Source of the DNA: the human T2T-CHM13v2.0 reference genome, Homo sapiens
Reading direction: 5' to 3' (one strand)
Length of the DNA stretch: 64,000 bases
NCBI RefSeq assembly: GCF_009914755.1
Contig: NC_060939.1
The notes under the pieces were generated by a model. That model saw only the letters and a list, made by a program, of their open reading frames with translations, searched no databases and was not told the origin of the DNA. Below are positions 23,529-44,618 of this stretch, one piece after another. The position numbers were made by a program, and so were the translations under genes. Position 1 is the stretch's first letter. The number at the start of each line of letters is the position of its first letter.

Positions 23529-24317
23529 AAATATCCATAATGATCTAAAATGGCTATCTGTATCAGATTGGCCTTTGTTCACATTTTTTCAAGCAAATAT
23601 CACACAATAAATTGAATGGAAATGCAAATGACGTATCAAACATCAACGAAATTTGCAAAAGGTGTAAGATTGTACTACTTTGGGTTTAGAAATTTTCTTT
23701 TCATAAAAGCATTTATAACAAAATTTGGTGAGCTTTTAAAGAATATTCTAAATATTTCTGATTTAATTTCTAGTGATAAATACCAATAGATATAACCTAT
23801 ATACAGAAAAGCTCCTTGGGCCCTCAATATACTTTTAAGAGTGTAAAGGAATCCTGACCCCAAAACTTTGAGAACTGCTGCCTTCCCCTCCACTTTCTTC
23901 CTTCCCTAGAATTTCTTCCTTGGAAGAAACATTCCTTTGCCATTCTATGTTAACTTACACAGTTCTATTGAGGCCAGTTTTGCTACCTCTCTCCCATCTT
24001 TCCACATCCCGCTCTTGACACAAAACCTGACCAAAGGACTCTACCCGCCCACCTCATTTCCAGTGATTAGCTCTCAGGTGGGCTAAGCCAAGAAAATCTG
24101 GGTTTTCCCTGAGACTAGACCTCTCTTTCTGGGAGATATGGAATCACAGGGACAAGACTGGCCACCTAGGGATAGTCAGAATTCATCTTGCCTAAATGGG
24201 AAGAGGTTAGGCAAGTTTCTAGAATGCCAGACTGCTTTCTAGAAAGTCAAAGTTAATTATACTTTCTGCCATGACTGTGAGAATGCCCATTTCATTGCAC
24301 ACTTTCTGACATTTTTA

Positions 24318-24648
<331 letters not shown>

Positions 24649-24777
24649 GTTTTTTTCCATACAATATAATTTGTTCCATCTCTAGAAACCAATTCAGCAA
24701 TGAGAACTGAAAGCGACCACAGGGAAGGTTTCAAGGATTTAGCTCTACCTATTGATGTCTAAAGCATTAGTTAAGGT

Positions 24778-24815
<38 letters not shown>

Positions 24816-25988
24816 AACACTCACTCACTCACTCCTATGTATTCAGTACCAGAAAACGCGAATGACTAGATGGTATAGTCATCCAACACAAAGCACACAA
24901 TAACTGAAGGCACTGTAGATGAGTAACTTATGACACGGATCTACAATATTGTTGAGTGAAAAAGCAGGTTACAAAAAAAATCTGATTTTTTAAGGGAGAG
25001 GGAACACACACAAGCAAAGGAGAAAAGAGATGAGCAGATGATGGGAAAGATACAAAATTCTGACAGTGGTACATTCTGAGTGGTAGAATTATTGGTATTA
25101 TGTTCTAGTTTTGCCTAAAAATTTTCTAAATTTCTTAAGAAGTTTTTGTTATCCATATTATAAAATATCCATCACCCCAGGAAACTTAACCTTGAGCACA
25201 AACTCTACAACATGTTCAATGTTTTCAGTTTAATATTTAAGAAACAATCTATTTTGAAAGACATCTAAAATGATGACCAATATTTAAACCTATGCATTAA
25301 TATTTTTCAATAGTATGCTTTATATTTTGTAATTTTGATAAGTTTAAGTTTTAAATCCATCTTGAAAAGATAAGTTTTCTATTTGTCTTTAAAATATTAC
25401 CTATAATATGCCTGTTTTTAAACAGTGAATGATGCTCAAAAATCACAATATAAATTCAGGCAGTGTTCCTTCCATGGAATGTTTAAGTGTTCCTAACACT
25501 GTTCTTCTTCACCGATTATGAAAACACAGAACAATTATCTAAGCATCTGATTATTCAGGTCCTTTGTTTCTCCTCCATTCTGTTAGTTTTATACTAATTT
25601 CAAGGCCCGTGAGGATGAAGTTGTCTGTGACAGCTACCACAAAGGTTACCATCAGCAGACAAATTTCCAGCAAGTTTATCACCACTACCATCCCCACCAT
25701 AAAACTGTCTCAATCAAGGGCAACACAATTCAAGGTTAGCCAAGACAACCTCTTTACCTGTCACTGCTTAAGAAAAGGATGTTTTGGTCTTATTTAGAAA
25801 TAACTTTCTGTATCTATTTTTCTCCATAATTCCACTGAGACCAATGTGTGCCCCTATCTCAAGCACCAGCAAGCAAAACTGCCTGCTAGTATGTTCAGTT
25901 TTTGTATCTTTCCAAATGTAGGGCACAGCTATCTTTTGATATCATAATTTTTTGAAAACTGACGCACAAACTTCTTATTGAAAGTTCA

Positions 25989-26287
25989 GCCGGGCGCGGT
26001 AGCTCACGCCTGTAATCCCAGCACTTTGGGAGGCCGATGCAGGCAGATCACGAGGTCAGGAATTCAAGACCAGCCTGGCCAACATGGTGAAACCTGTCCC
26101 TACTAAAACTGCAAAAATTAGCCAGGTGCGGTGGCAGGTGCCTGTAATCCCAGCTACTCAGGAGGCTGAGGCAGGAGAATTGCTTGAACCTGGGCAGCAG
26201 AGGTTCCAGTGAGGCAAGATCGCACCACTGTACTCTGGCCTGGGTGATAGAGTGAGACTCCATCTCAAAATAAAAAATAAAAAAAAG
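25989..26287 (+). mobile_element. AluS, absent from the inverted paralog
   Basis: Alu dimer; empty site ctgaactttc at 63711-63720. Confidence 0.95.
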
Positions 26288-26451
26288 AATTTCAGATATA
26301 CAGCAGTTGTAATTCTTCTGAAGGCTGCTTATGGGACACATTACTTTCATACTTTGCTGTTCGATAAATGTGGGGTGGAGAATAAAGTAAATTGACAGAA
26401 TTACCATATAAAATAAAATTCGAAGTCCTCTGACAACAAAAGAAACTTAAA

Positions 26452-26453
<2 letters not shown>

Positions 26454-26503
<50 letters not shown>

Positions 26504-26507
26504 ACAC
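26454..26507. repeat. (CA)n microsatellite; others at 24783-24830, 28713-28772 and 63528-63557
   Basis: Direct reading. Confidence 0.95.
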
Positions 26508-27634
26508 GGTTTTCCCTGCTAATCATTTTACAACAACCACGTAGCTAACCCAGAGCCCACAAAAGCAGAGTCAAAATTCTAACACTTGGTAAAATAAAAA
26601 TGCACATATATCCCTGTCATCTAAAAAAAATGCTTAAGTATTCAAAGACAGACAGCAGTTATAGCTACTGAGAACATCATTGTAAGCAAACTGAGGCAGA
26701 GAAAACAAACGTGCTGATGAGGATTTGAAACACCTAAGCTGCAGAAACCCACTAGGTGGTTTCCTAGGTTCCGAGTTGGCATTATCTTTCAGAACGATCT
26801 TCTAGAAGAGATCACATAACACTGTTACAAAGGATCTGGAGAAAGGGACCCTGGCTTCATCACTCTGGCTCTCCAGTCATGCTTTACATTTTCACTTCTT
26901 ACACTCTCTTTCATAGGAAGTCAATTTACAGGCCTCCATCAAGCCCTTAGAGACCTTTTTGTACTATCCATGACAAGTTCTTGATGTTATGTCTGCACTT
27001 CTGACAAATTCTTAGCAGTTAACTTACAAGGCAGTTAAGATTTTTGTTCAAGCACAATATAGCTAGAATAGGCTCATACGTTCAATAAAACAAATATTTA
27101 CCAAGCATTTATTGAGTGGAAGATAAAAAGCACAAAGCATAATTATATTCTCCCCTGCCACCATAAAAAAATTTTTTAAAGCCTTATAGAATAAGGCATA
27201 ACATGACCAAAGCAAAAATAGTGAGGACTAAAGAGGGGAGGAAGGGGAAATATCAGCATGAATTAAATATGACCCAGAAGAGCCTTGATGGTCAGACACG
27301 TAAAGACAAATTGGGTAGGGTTAGGGGGTGGCTGTCAGGGGCACATTCTACAGGGGAAAAATAGATGATACAGAAGCCTGAAAGGAAAAGCGGGCAGAGC
27401 ACCTGGACAGGACTCTTACCTGCCGCATCCAGGGTACAATGCGCCTTTCCAGAACACAGCAGCGACCCGGGGTAGAGGGATCGCTCAAACAGCACCAGAG
27501 GCTGCATTCCAACTTTTCCTCCATCAACGAGTCCGTTTTCATTGTTAGTTTCTCCTTAAACACGATTGGCTGAACATGCGGGAACAAGGAAAACCTGACT
27601 GAAGAACGAGGCATTTAAGCTTAAGGGCCTTGGA

Positions 27635-27769
27635 TCCGGGCGCGGTGGCTCAGGCCTGTAATCCCAGAACTTTGGGAGGCAGAGATGGGTCATTTGAGGT
27701 CAGGAGTTTGAGACCAGCCTGGCCACCATGGTGAAACCCACTCTCTACTAAACAACACAAAAGTTAGCC
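27635..27769 (+). mobile_element. Alu left arm truncated at the UBE2Q2/DNM1 duplicon junction
   Basis: Ends at aagttagcc and abuts DNM1 intron sequence. Confidence 0.9.
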
Positions 27770-28729
27770 TTCCTCTTCTGCTTTTCCCAGCAGGAAAGGC
27801 CCAGCCTCACCTATGCAACCTGCAGCCCCCCGCCAACCAGTTGAGGCTCCCCTCTTAGACTTATATGTCTATGGCCAGTGCCATCTGGCTACCTGCCCTC
27901 CCTGCCTTCCCTAGGGTCCCTCAGAGGACCCTGGGTTTTCTGATGGCCCAGAGGGGCCTCTGGCGACCACTCCAGCCAGCCATCCCTTATAGCTCCACCA
28001 TTTTGGTTCAGGCAGTGTTCCTTCTCTATCAGGCCTGGTGGCTGTTGGATGGGGCTCTCCAAGCAAGAGGTGGCCCTGGGCCAGTGGGTTGGAAGACATG
28101 GGGACCACAGAAGAGGGAAGCCCGAGGGAGCTGGCATTGGTCTGAACTGTGGGTGGATGGGTGGATTGCCTGGGTGCCATGAAAGAGGCCAGCGTGTGTG
28201 GGGTGGGGAGGGCCGCCGCAGTCCCCAGGCACTACCTATGAAGCTCCAGCTTCTCCCTCCATCTCCCTCCCCTTTTCCTTCCAGCCCCTCTTTTCCAGGA
28301 ACCTTGCCATGCCCACACGTACGCCCTCCCCTCCCCGGCCCTCCACAGCTGCTGCAGCGCACCCATATTCTGCACTTGCCTCACCAGCTCTGGCTTTTCT
28401 CTAACCCGTTTTCTCTCTGCTTTCTCTCCAACTGCCAGCTGATCGGGTCAGGCAAGTCCATCCCGTCCTGAGAGCCCCAGGCCCCACTTCGACGTCTAAA
28501 CAGATCCCTCTTCCCAGAGACCTCCCTTTCCAAGCCTGCCTGGGCGGGTGTCCTGTGACTTGACAGTGGCTCCCCCAGCCCCAAAGCCAGCCCCCTTCAT
28601 CTGTGACTTAGTCTGTTGTAGTGGTGAGCTGACACGTCCAGGTGTGACCGTTGCTGAAAACTTGTGCCTCCTCTGTGGTATGCCCCTGCCCTGTTCTATA
28701 GCTATAAATTCTCACACACACATACACAA

Positions 28730-28762
<33 letters not shown>

Positions 28763-28850
28763 CATATATACACGTGGCCGACTGCCTCACCTCTAGCACT
28801 GGGAATCAGTCCCCGTGCTGTGCTTGTGGAGTCTTGTAGCCCAGCAAGAG
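27770..28850 (+). pseudogene. DNM1P: Dynamin-1 pseudogene fragment (two terminal exons and 3'UTR)
   Basis: 27791-27866 encodes RKGPASPMQPAAPRQPVEAPLLDL; 28439-28499 encodes *SGQASPSRPESPRPHFDV* (DNM1 C-terminus RSGQASPSRPESPRPPFDL with CGA>TGA); both follow polypyrimidine-AG acceptors. Confidence 0.85.
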
Positions 28851-29639
28851 GAAGCTGTCTCCTGACATCGCCCCTCCAAAGTGCACCACCTCCAGTGAGC
28901 TTCCGGGACATGCGCGGCCTGTGGACAGCCAGCCCCCGCCATCCCTCCCGCCCTTCTGGCCAAGCATGGCGGTGCTGTGCAGGCAGCTGTGTGGCCTGAC
29001 AGTCTCTACCAGTCCTGCTGTCCCTCGGCTGAGAAACCCATTTCTGGATGACAGAGAATGTGTCCTCTGCTGGCTGTGTTCTCTATGGAGCTCAGGGGAG
29101 GGAAAAGGCCAAGCCATTTTTAGGGTGTTGTTGGGAACAGTGAAAAGGTCACACCCTTTTCAAGGGACACTTTTCCTGGAAAGTCCCTGGAGCTCAGCTG
29201 GCTCTTATCCTGTGAAGCCGGCTCTGGCCACTAGGGGACAGGGCCCTGAACTCAGCCTGGAAGGAGCCTGTGGGGCAGCCGGCACTCTGGAGGGACAGAC
29301 AGGCCACCTGGTGCAGACAGGAACGGGAGGAGGGGGATGGAACGGAAGACACCTGGGGTGGATGGAAGTCAGTGCCCTTGGGCACTGGTATCTGTCTTCC
29401 CTGCCACAGCTAGATCAGGCTTCTCAACCTGTTGACTGTCAGGGCCGGACTGTACTCTGTAGGTGCCATGGCAGTCCCCGTGAAATCCACCAGGTGTCAC
29501 CAGGCAGCATACAGGTAACAGGCCTGGAAGATTCCCCACAGCCCAGCTGGACATGCTGAAACACTCTGGGGCTCCTCGTTGAGTGGGACAAACTGCAGGA
29601 CCCAGTGAGGGAAATGGGAACATACCAGGCCGAGCAGTA

Positions 29640-30260
29640 TGGCTAAATCCATTTATTCCAAAATCAAAAGCAAAAAACAAAAAACAAAAAACAGGAGTCC
29701 CATCACCAGGCAGCCATGACCCCATCCCCGCCTGCTTCCTCGCTCCTATGCTAGCAATAAATAAGTTTCCCAGCCGCGAATAATTATAAGAACCTCTTCC
29801 TCATATGCCAGCTGCAACCTCCGCTAGGTACGATACAGAATGTTACACAGCTACAGTATGTACACGGGGGAAGGGGGGCCACCCCCAGCAGCCTGTGCCC
29901 TGGCCTGGTCTACAGTTAACTCCACTGTCCCGCCTCAGCTGCCTCTCTGAGTAAGAAGATGGGAGCCCCCCTGAGGGAAAAGTTGCTTTGGTGAGAGTAA
30001 GAAGGCCGTCAGACCTCCTCCAAACAAACCAACTCCACCAACCTCTGGCTCTTAAATAACAAACATCATCATCCAGAAATGTAAGGACTCAGCCTTGGTC
30101 AAGGTGGTAAAGGGTCTGTTTGTCTCCCTCCATTAGACAAGGGTCTTGTCTTGCTACCCTAATGGTAAAGGGCTGACTGGGGAGGGGTTGTAGGGACATG
30201 GTGGGGGTGAAGACTCCAGACCCACTTCTCCAGGCTTATGCTGACAGGGGCCTGCTTTTA
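29640..30260 (-). other. Ancestral GOLGA2-type 3'UTR remnant with AATAAA at 29652-29657
   Basis: Minus strand begins aaaagcaggcccctgtcagcataagcctggagaagtggg, which resembles the sequence after the GOLGA2 stop codon (recall); lies tail-to-tail with DNM1 as on chr9q34. Confidence 0.6.
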
Positions 30261-33200
30261 TTTATTTTTATTTTTATCCCATGACTTTTTTTAAATCCTG
30301 TAACTAATTTTTCATAACTTTTTAAAATAACTTTTCATAAAACTTTTTTTTTACTTTTTTTCCACAACTTTTTTTGCCACTTTTCCACAGTATTTTTTTA
30401 TCCTGTAACTTTTTCATCCCACAACTTTAATTCCTGTTAACTTTTTTAGTTTGTGTTCTTTTAATAAACACACTTACATAGTTACAATTTTGTAAGAATA
30501 AAAACCGATTACCTCATGCCAAGCATGCCGAGAATTTGCAGAGTCTCAATACCCAATACTATAGTTTTCAAGACACACAAAATTTTTAGGCAAAACAGCA
30601 CCTTGAAACAATTTAATAATGTATTACATTACAGTAGCATCACAGAAGCAGTCAATAATGCCACTTTAGACAAAAATCAGTATTTCCATTATGCATTCTG
30701 TGTATAAGAATTCATAAATCGGTAAAAGTCATTCTAAGAAAACTTGGCAAATACAGCTTTGGACTGGAATTGGCATTTCTTTGTCTACTTTTCCTTCCCC
30801 TAGATTCTTTGTTTTAAACTACAGTATTCATATTTTAAAATGTTTTAAATTATTTTAAGACGTTAATATAGCAGTTACATTTTTGAATAGTTATTTGAAA
30901 GTGACTGTAAGATAAAGTTTTAGAGAATCTATTATGGATAGGGTTGATTTACATTTTCACATTTTCTAAAAATCAGCTTTGGTTTTAGAACTGATTGTTT
31001 TTCATTTTGGGAAAACCTACCAGGTTTAATCAATTACTTTAAAAATAATTATCATATTTTGCAGTCTTTAAATAGGTGTTTTGATTCTTTACTCCCTACA
31101 GAAATTCAAATTTATTCAGTTGAAGTCACATTTTAAAATTCTATGTTCCTGCTGAACTCTAACCTTCTAATGTTGCCTTCTAAGCAAATTAAAGGCTGCC
31201 TTATACTGAATGAGGTAGAGAACAAATACTTGGCTGAATGAGGTACTGCAAAAGACTGCATGCACTTTGAAGAAAGACTTGAGTTATTGTCATAGGATTT
31301 CCATTCTCTTTAGCTTTTTCTTAAACATATGACAAAATACCTACACAAAGAGTCGTATTTGAATTAATATAGTATATTTATTTTTCAGACTGACATTCAT
31401 CTTAAATATGCCAGTATGTGATTTAATCCACAGGTACCTGATGAACACATTATTGTCAGATTGGTTACAGTTGCTAAACGCTATCTGAAGGTCATTCCTA
31501 GTCATTTATACGTGTCAGGGTAAAAGTGAAGCGATTTGAACTATAAAAATACCTTTGAAATAATTTATCAATGTATTAGATAAGCTCAGTTTCAGAATGA
31601 TAAACAAAAACTGTTAGACCAAATAACGTGGCTAATTAACAGTGGTACGATTTCTAGCCCGAGGGTTTAAAATGGAGTTAAAGTAAGTGTCTTTAAACTG
31701 AACTCAAAGAATGCAAAAGCGGCAAGTTCAGACAAGGCAAGAACAGGACCTTTAGTCCATTTTAAGCCATAAATATTACACAAAATATGCCTCTAACTGA
31801 AACTGAGAGGTATAAAAACATATTTCACTCTTCGTAAAGAACTTTGTGAGGAAATATAACTCTGTGATTGTATAGACACTTTCCTCATGACACTTTGACA
31901 GTCACAAACAGTAGATTGCGCTGCAGTTTGTAAACATTTTACGTTGCATAAACTGCTCCTTGATTTTCAAATGTAGTATAATACTGTCTACTAAAACTCC
32001 TTTTTGTTTCAACTAAGTACTCTCACATATATTAGTTTATAATAATGTTTGTTATTATTTTTAAAGTGTTCTCCATTCAAGGAAAAGAAGTAAATTCCTA
32101 TGTCAGATGGTTGAAGACTAGCTATTAGCCAGAGAGGTCTAGATGGTAAAATCCATCTTCTAGCCTCAAATAAGCTCCATGAACACAGAGGAATGCCAGG
32201 TGTCACACAGCTTTCCTTCACTCGAATTCATTCTTGACTAGAGCCTGTATATGCCTGTTCCAGGGGCATTTAAACTCTTAAAGGATTTCTTCTGATCTTT
32301 ACTAAATACATTAAGGAGAACGCCAACCAGTGCCCTTTTGTGTACTGGGACATGTAGTCATGTGATTAAAACAGGGAACATGAACGCTGACTTTAAAATG
32401 TATTGTAGATATAAATGCTCTCAGCTAGAAAAGGTTTTCCACATCCACAGTCATGATGGGAGCCTTTCATTCCTCAGAAATAATCCCTTTTCAGGTCATC
32501 AAAAAAGAGTACAACTGCCACAGCTCATGAGGCAGTATCTTCATGAGCCCAGAGCACATACAAATCCTAAGGGAACTACCGTAGTACAGCGCTCATTCTT
32601 GGCACCGGAACAAATGAAACATATTCTATCCTGCACACACCTGCCAAAGCAGGCCACTTTCCTCTTCTGGGAGATTTAAAAACCTCCCCAAAATGTTATT
32701 ACTCCCATCCCCAATACACAGAAAAAGGGGGAAAGGCTGTTTCCAGTGCTCCACCTTTAAACAACTGTAAATGTCAGTACTCACAGTGGCATATTACAAA
32801 GTAATAGACCGCGCACTTGAGGGCAAACTGCATATTGAGCTAATGAAGAGCTCACTGTGATTAGGATTCGATCAAACATAACAGCAGAACATAAGGAAAT
32901 TTTATCTGAATTCCGTAATGAATATACAGGCTGTACTAACATTAAAAAAGCATGGCAGCCTATCCCAAACCAGCAAGAACAGTTGTGTGCATACAGTGGG
33001 TCTTTGTGTGTTTGAACTCCCACCACATAAGGGCAAACTCGATATGCATGCTAACGTCCTATAATTATCAAATTAAAAAAATGCTAAAAGATGCCAGAGT
33101 GAACATGAGAGAAACACCCACTCTCATTTAACTTTTTACAAATAAATTTAAATTATAAATTAGAAACACAAATAAATTTAAACTATAAATTAGAAACACA

Positions 33201-33354
33201 AATAAATTTAAACTATAAATTAGAAACACAAATAAATTTAAACTATAAATTAGAAACACAAATAAACATAAGTGGCTCTAACATTCAAATGAAGTAAATG
33301 AATTGTGTAGGATATTAACCCCTTAAATGTTTTGTTTTTTTTTTTCAATTCCTT
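30260..33354 (-). other. ~3.1-kb inserted 3'UTR of GOLGA6L with degenerate poly(A) tail (likely the ITSN2-3'UTR-derived segment of the chr15 core duplicon)
   Basis: AT-rich block between the stop codon and GC-richer GOLGA2-like UTR; ATTAAA (minus) at 30460-30465 followed by an A-rich tail at 30260-30447. The ITSN2 attribution is literature recall. Confidence 0.6.
33138..33266. repeat. 30-bp AT-rich minisatellite, ~4.3 copies
   Basis: aataaatttaaactataaattagaaacaca repeated at 33141, 33171, 33201, 33231. Confidence 0.95.
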
Positions 33355-33363
33355 GACCCGCTC

Positions 33364-40141
<6,778 letters not shown>

Positions 40142-40169
40142 CAGCGAAATACCAGTGAGCACTGCTCAA

Positions 40170-40430
40170 TGCCTCCAGTCACCTACCAGGCAGCTGTGCA
40201 ACTGAGCCACAGGTGGCGTAACCAGGGCACCAATGGAACGCAGAATAGGGGCGTGGCCTTAAGGCTCCAAGCCCATTGGTCAGTGAGAAAGATGAAAGGG
40301 AAAGGAGGCGTGGCCAGGCAGCAGCATGTCCAGAGGGACCTGTGGCATCATAAGGAAAGCTGCCCATGCAACCGCTGTCCCCGCCCACTCAGAGAAAGGG
40401 GAGGGGCCGCCCACTCTGGGAGAGGGGAAG
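40170..40430 (-). promoter_or_regulatory. GOLGA6L proximal promoter (CCAAT and GC/KLF boxes)
   Basis: ccaat near 40230, attgg near 40275, ggcgtggc near 40250 and 40307, ccgccc near 40381 and 40407, just upstream of the ATG exon. Confidence 0.55.
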
Positions 40431-40777
40431 GGCTGGGTTTTGCTTTAAAACTTTTAAAACTGTAAAAAATAAACTTTAAAAAATATATGTGTATATACTT
40501 TATATATATGTGTGTCTGTGTGTGTGTATCTATGTGTTCCTCCAGAGCTGTCTTCATTATGCAGCTTCTGTGCAAAGTCTGTGATTTTGGCCTATATTTT
40601 TCATCTTCAAATGGAGTACAAGAATTACCAGTATTACCTTAACTGAGATATAGATCCTATAAAAATGGAAAATCCATAGCATGCTTGATGATTAATGAAG
40701 CCGACTATAGTATCCGACATTCCAATAAGACAAAATAATCACAACAATTTCTCTTTTTTGGAAAAATGTTTGTCTTA

Positions 40778-41185
<408 letters not shown>

Positions 41186-42380
41186 TTAATAACCACTTAA
41201 AGCTCTTTACTGGTTTAAGAGAATTACAAGGCCCATTTTTCTAGAATCACCTGGCCTCTCTAAGCCTTGCAAATGAAGCTGAATTTCTCACTTGATACTT
41301 GGCTCTCACTTGCAGTCATGAAAACCAAGAATTTGTTATGTCACTGTGTATTGCTTGTTACCTGAAATCCACACTAGGCTGGGATCAAGGGTTGAATCTT
41401 TCATGATTTTCTCCATAACCTGTGTGCTTCTTATCCCACACCAAACTAAGCTTTTTTTCTAGAGCTCTGCAACTTACAGTTAGTATATGAGAGCAGTTCT
41501 CAAAAATGTAGTCTCTGGACTAGCAGCTCCAGCAGCACCTGGGAACTTCTTATAAATACACATCCTCCGGCCCCACCCTGGACCTGATGAATCAGAAACT
41601 CTGGAGTAGGGCTCAGCAATCTGTGCTGCAGTAATCCCTCCAGGTGTTCAAGAACCTCTGGCATACAGCAGGTAGAAAAATGTGTTTCCTTCTGTAGGTC
41701 CAAAACCAGGGATACTATATGTTTTCTCTATATGAAACAATGACGTGCAATTAAAAGACATAAATCTCCTTCCTGCTCCCACCTTCCAGCCAATGTGTTT
41801 TATTTTTATGAGTTAAATAAGAAAACAATCAGAGATTTCGTCTAAATCGCATATTTACAGGTATCAGTTCTCATCCAGCCTGATCTTATCCAATATCATT
41901 TATATTCTCTTACATGTGAAGTTTTAGAGAAGGATCTTCACAATGTAAGACTCAGGCACACTAGCAGTTCTGTAATAAAACACCAAGTAGATCAGAATGT
42001 CCAAACTTACTGGAGAAGAAAAGTGGAATCATTGGCTATATTTTCAAATTGCAATAAACAGGATATTAAAGTTTTGAATTTTTTTCACCTTCATCCTTCC
42101 ACGTTAATAGAATTAAGCCAAAATACTTGTCTTCCAAAGCCTCTAGCCAGGCAAAATTTTACTATATTACTTCTTGCTTTTCAATGGCTATAAAGCAGAC
42201 TCCTGGTAGGCACATTTGGTATACCTGCAAAGATGAAGAACTAAACAGTTCCATCTGTTCAATACTGAAACAAAAGTCCTGCAAACCTCGGATGGTGAGT
42301 GTAATACTTCAGCACTAGCACCAAAGCCTCAAATATGAAAAGATACCAAGAACACCACTAGCAAACAAAACTAAACTCTC

Positions 42381-42533
42381 GGCTGGGAGCTCTAGTTCAT
42401 GCCGTAATCCCAGCACTTTGGCAAGCAAAGGTGGGAGGATTACTTGAAGCCAGGAATTCAAGACCAGCCTTGGCAGCATAGTGAATTCACACCTCTACAG
42501 AAAGTTTTTAAAATTAGCTGGGTGTGGCAGCAC
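42381..42533 (+). mobile_element. Truncated AluJ at a duplication boundary
   Basis: Counterpart of 4848-5000; right arm mostly missing. Confidence 0.85.
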
Positions 42534-42814
42534 ACTTCCTGGGGCAGATGTGCCATTGCTGGAAACTTCTCTATGGAGAGTACCAAGTACTTCTACCTGT
42601 AGCATTTTCCCTGGCTGGAATCCTGCAATTATCACAGTAGCCCGAGATCCAAGAAGGCAGAGCAGGAGCATCCTGTCCCCTCCCCAGCAGGTGCAAGGGA
42701 GGCTGGGGGGTGAGGCACAAGCCCGTGGGAGGGTGAGGAGCAGGAGGGATGCATGGTGAGCCTCTGTTGACTGCTTGCTGCCTCAGCTGGAAGGTCAGGA
42801 CCAAATGTCTATTA

Positions 42815-43000
42815 CAGGTTAAATTACAGAAGTATTTCAGATTTTGGATTTTTTTCAGATTTTGGAATTCGAAAATCTGAAATCCAAAATGCTCCAATGA
42901 GCATTTCCTTTGAATCTGGCCTTCGAACATCATGTCGGCACTCAAAGAGTTTTGGATTTTGAAGCATTTCAGATTTTGGATTTTCGGATGAGGGATGCTG
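42815..43000. mobile_element. Tigger4/MER46-like DNA transposon fragment
   Basis: aaaatctgaaatccaaaatgctccaatgagcatttcctttga signature. Confidence 0.7.
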
Positions 43001-43899
43001 TATTATCTTCTGAATGAGGCCACTCATTCAGGAAAGCCCAGAGCTTGGGGACGTGGAGCTGCAGACCAAAGAGGTGATTTCTGTAGTGGCTTTCAGTGCG
43101 GAAGGGCCTACAAAGTGGTTTAAAGCAAGCCACAAAATAGGAAACCCAATATTTAGCTAATGGAACTCTGATAAAACCTGCTCAAGATGTCTGTCTCTAC
43201 TAATTCAGATGGAGCCAAGCCAAAGCATCATTATTATTTTAAAAAGGCACCAATCCCTCTGCAAAAGCACTGAATTATATCATGATACAATCATCAATTG
43301 TACCATGAATCACCATCAGCGGTGGTCTTTTAGGGATATGAAGAAGGGGTTTTCACAATACATCGCATGACACACCATCTTCCAAATCTCTAAACATTTC
43401 TCTCCACAGCCCAGTCCTCTCCATAGTTGTCCAAATCCCTCCCTCTTTTCTCTTGTTGTCTCCAAAACTCAAAACCATGCTCTGACTTTCTATATCCTGC
43501 CCTCCCCTTCTTGGACCATCTGGGAAGCCCCCTGCTTCCCCAGGGTGTCCCCTCCTCCCCTTCTGGGATCAGTCATCTTTCCTCAAATGGACCAGTTCGG
43601 CCTCTCTTAGTTTCTCCAACTCTGCATCTCAACCTTTCTCCCTTCACTACACAATAATGTCCAGGAGGCAAAGAGCCCACAAACCTGGGAACCTCCCTTT
43701 CCAGAAGGGAGGTTCTGGAATGACTACAAATATTTGGTTATGATTTTCTTCCCTGCCACGCCTGTTTTCATGGGCAGTGCTGAGCCCCGGTCCTGGCAGA
43801 GCTCAGAACCAGGCTCTCATGAGCTGGGGCAAGTGGGGCCTAGGGAACCTCTGGGTTGAGGACCTTGCACCCCACTCTGCAGCTTCCCTGCTGATTTGG

Positions 43900-44119
43900 C
43901 TCATGCAACCTCTCCTCCTGGGCTCAAGTGATCCTTCTACATCGGTCTCCCAAGTAGCTGGGATTTGGGCTACCACGTTTGGCTAATTTTTGTATCTTTT
44001 AGTACAGATGGGGTTTCACCTGTAGCCCAGGCTGGTCTCGAACTCCTGGGCTCTAGTGATCTACCCTCCTCAGCCTCCCAAAGTGCTGGGATTACAGGTG
44101 TGAGCCACTGCGCCCGGCC
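43900..44119 (-). mobile_element. Partial Alu
   Basis: Antisense Alu lacking tail. Confidence 0.85.
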
Positions 44120-44257
44120 TTGTGCCAGCTTTTAAATATCAACAAGGACAAATTAGAGAACAGTGGAAGAGGGTGAGCAGCATGATGAGGTGATACAGAA
44201 ATAATTTCACATGAAGAACTGGGCATGCCTGGCTTTTTTTTTTTTTTAAGCTATTCT

Positions 44258-44618
<361 letters not shown>

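Noticed and set aside
28921-29559. 212-aa ORF between DNM1P and the GOLGA UTR
   Set aside because: Non-ATG start, GC-rich intergenic duplicon sequence, no recognisable homology
42833-42890. Hairpin centred on gaattc
   Set aside because: Explained by the internal inverted repeats of the Tigger4/MER46 element
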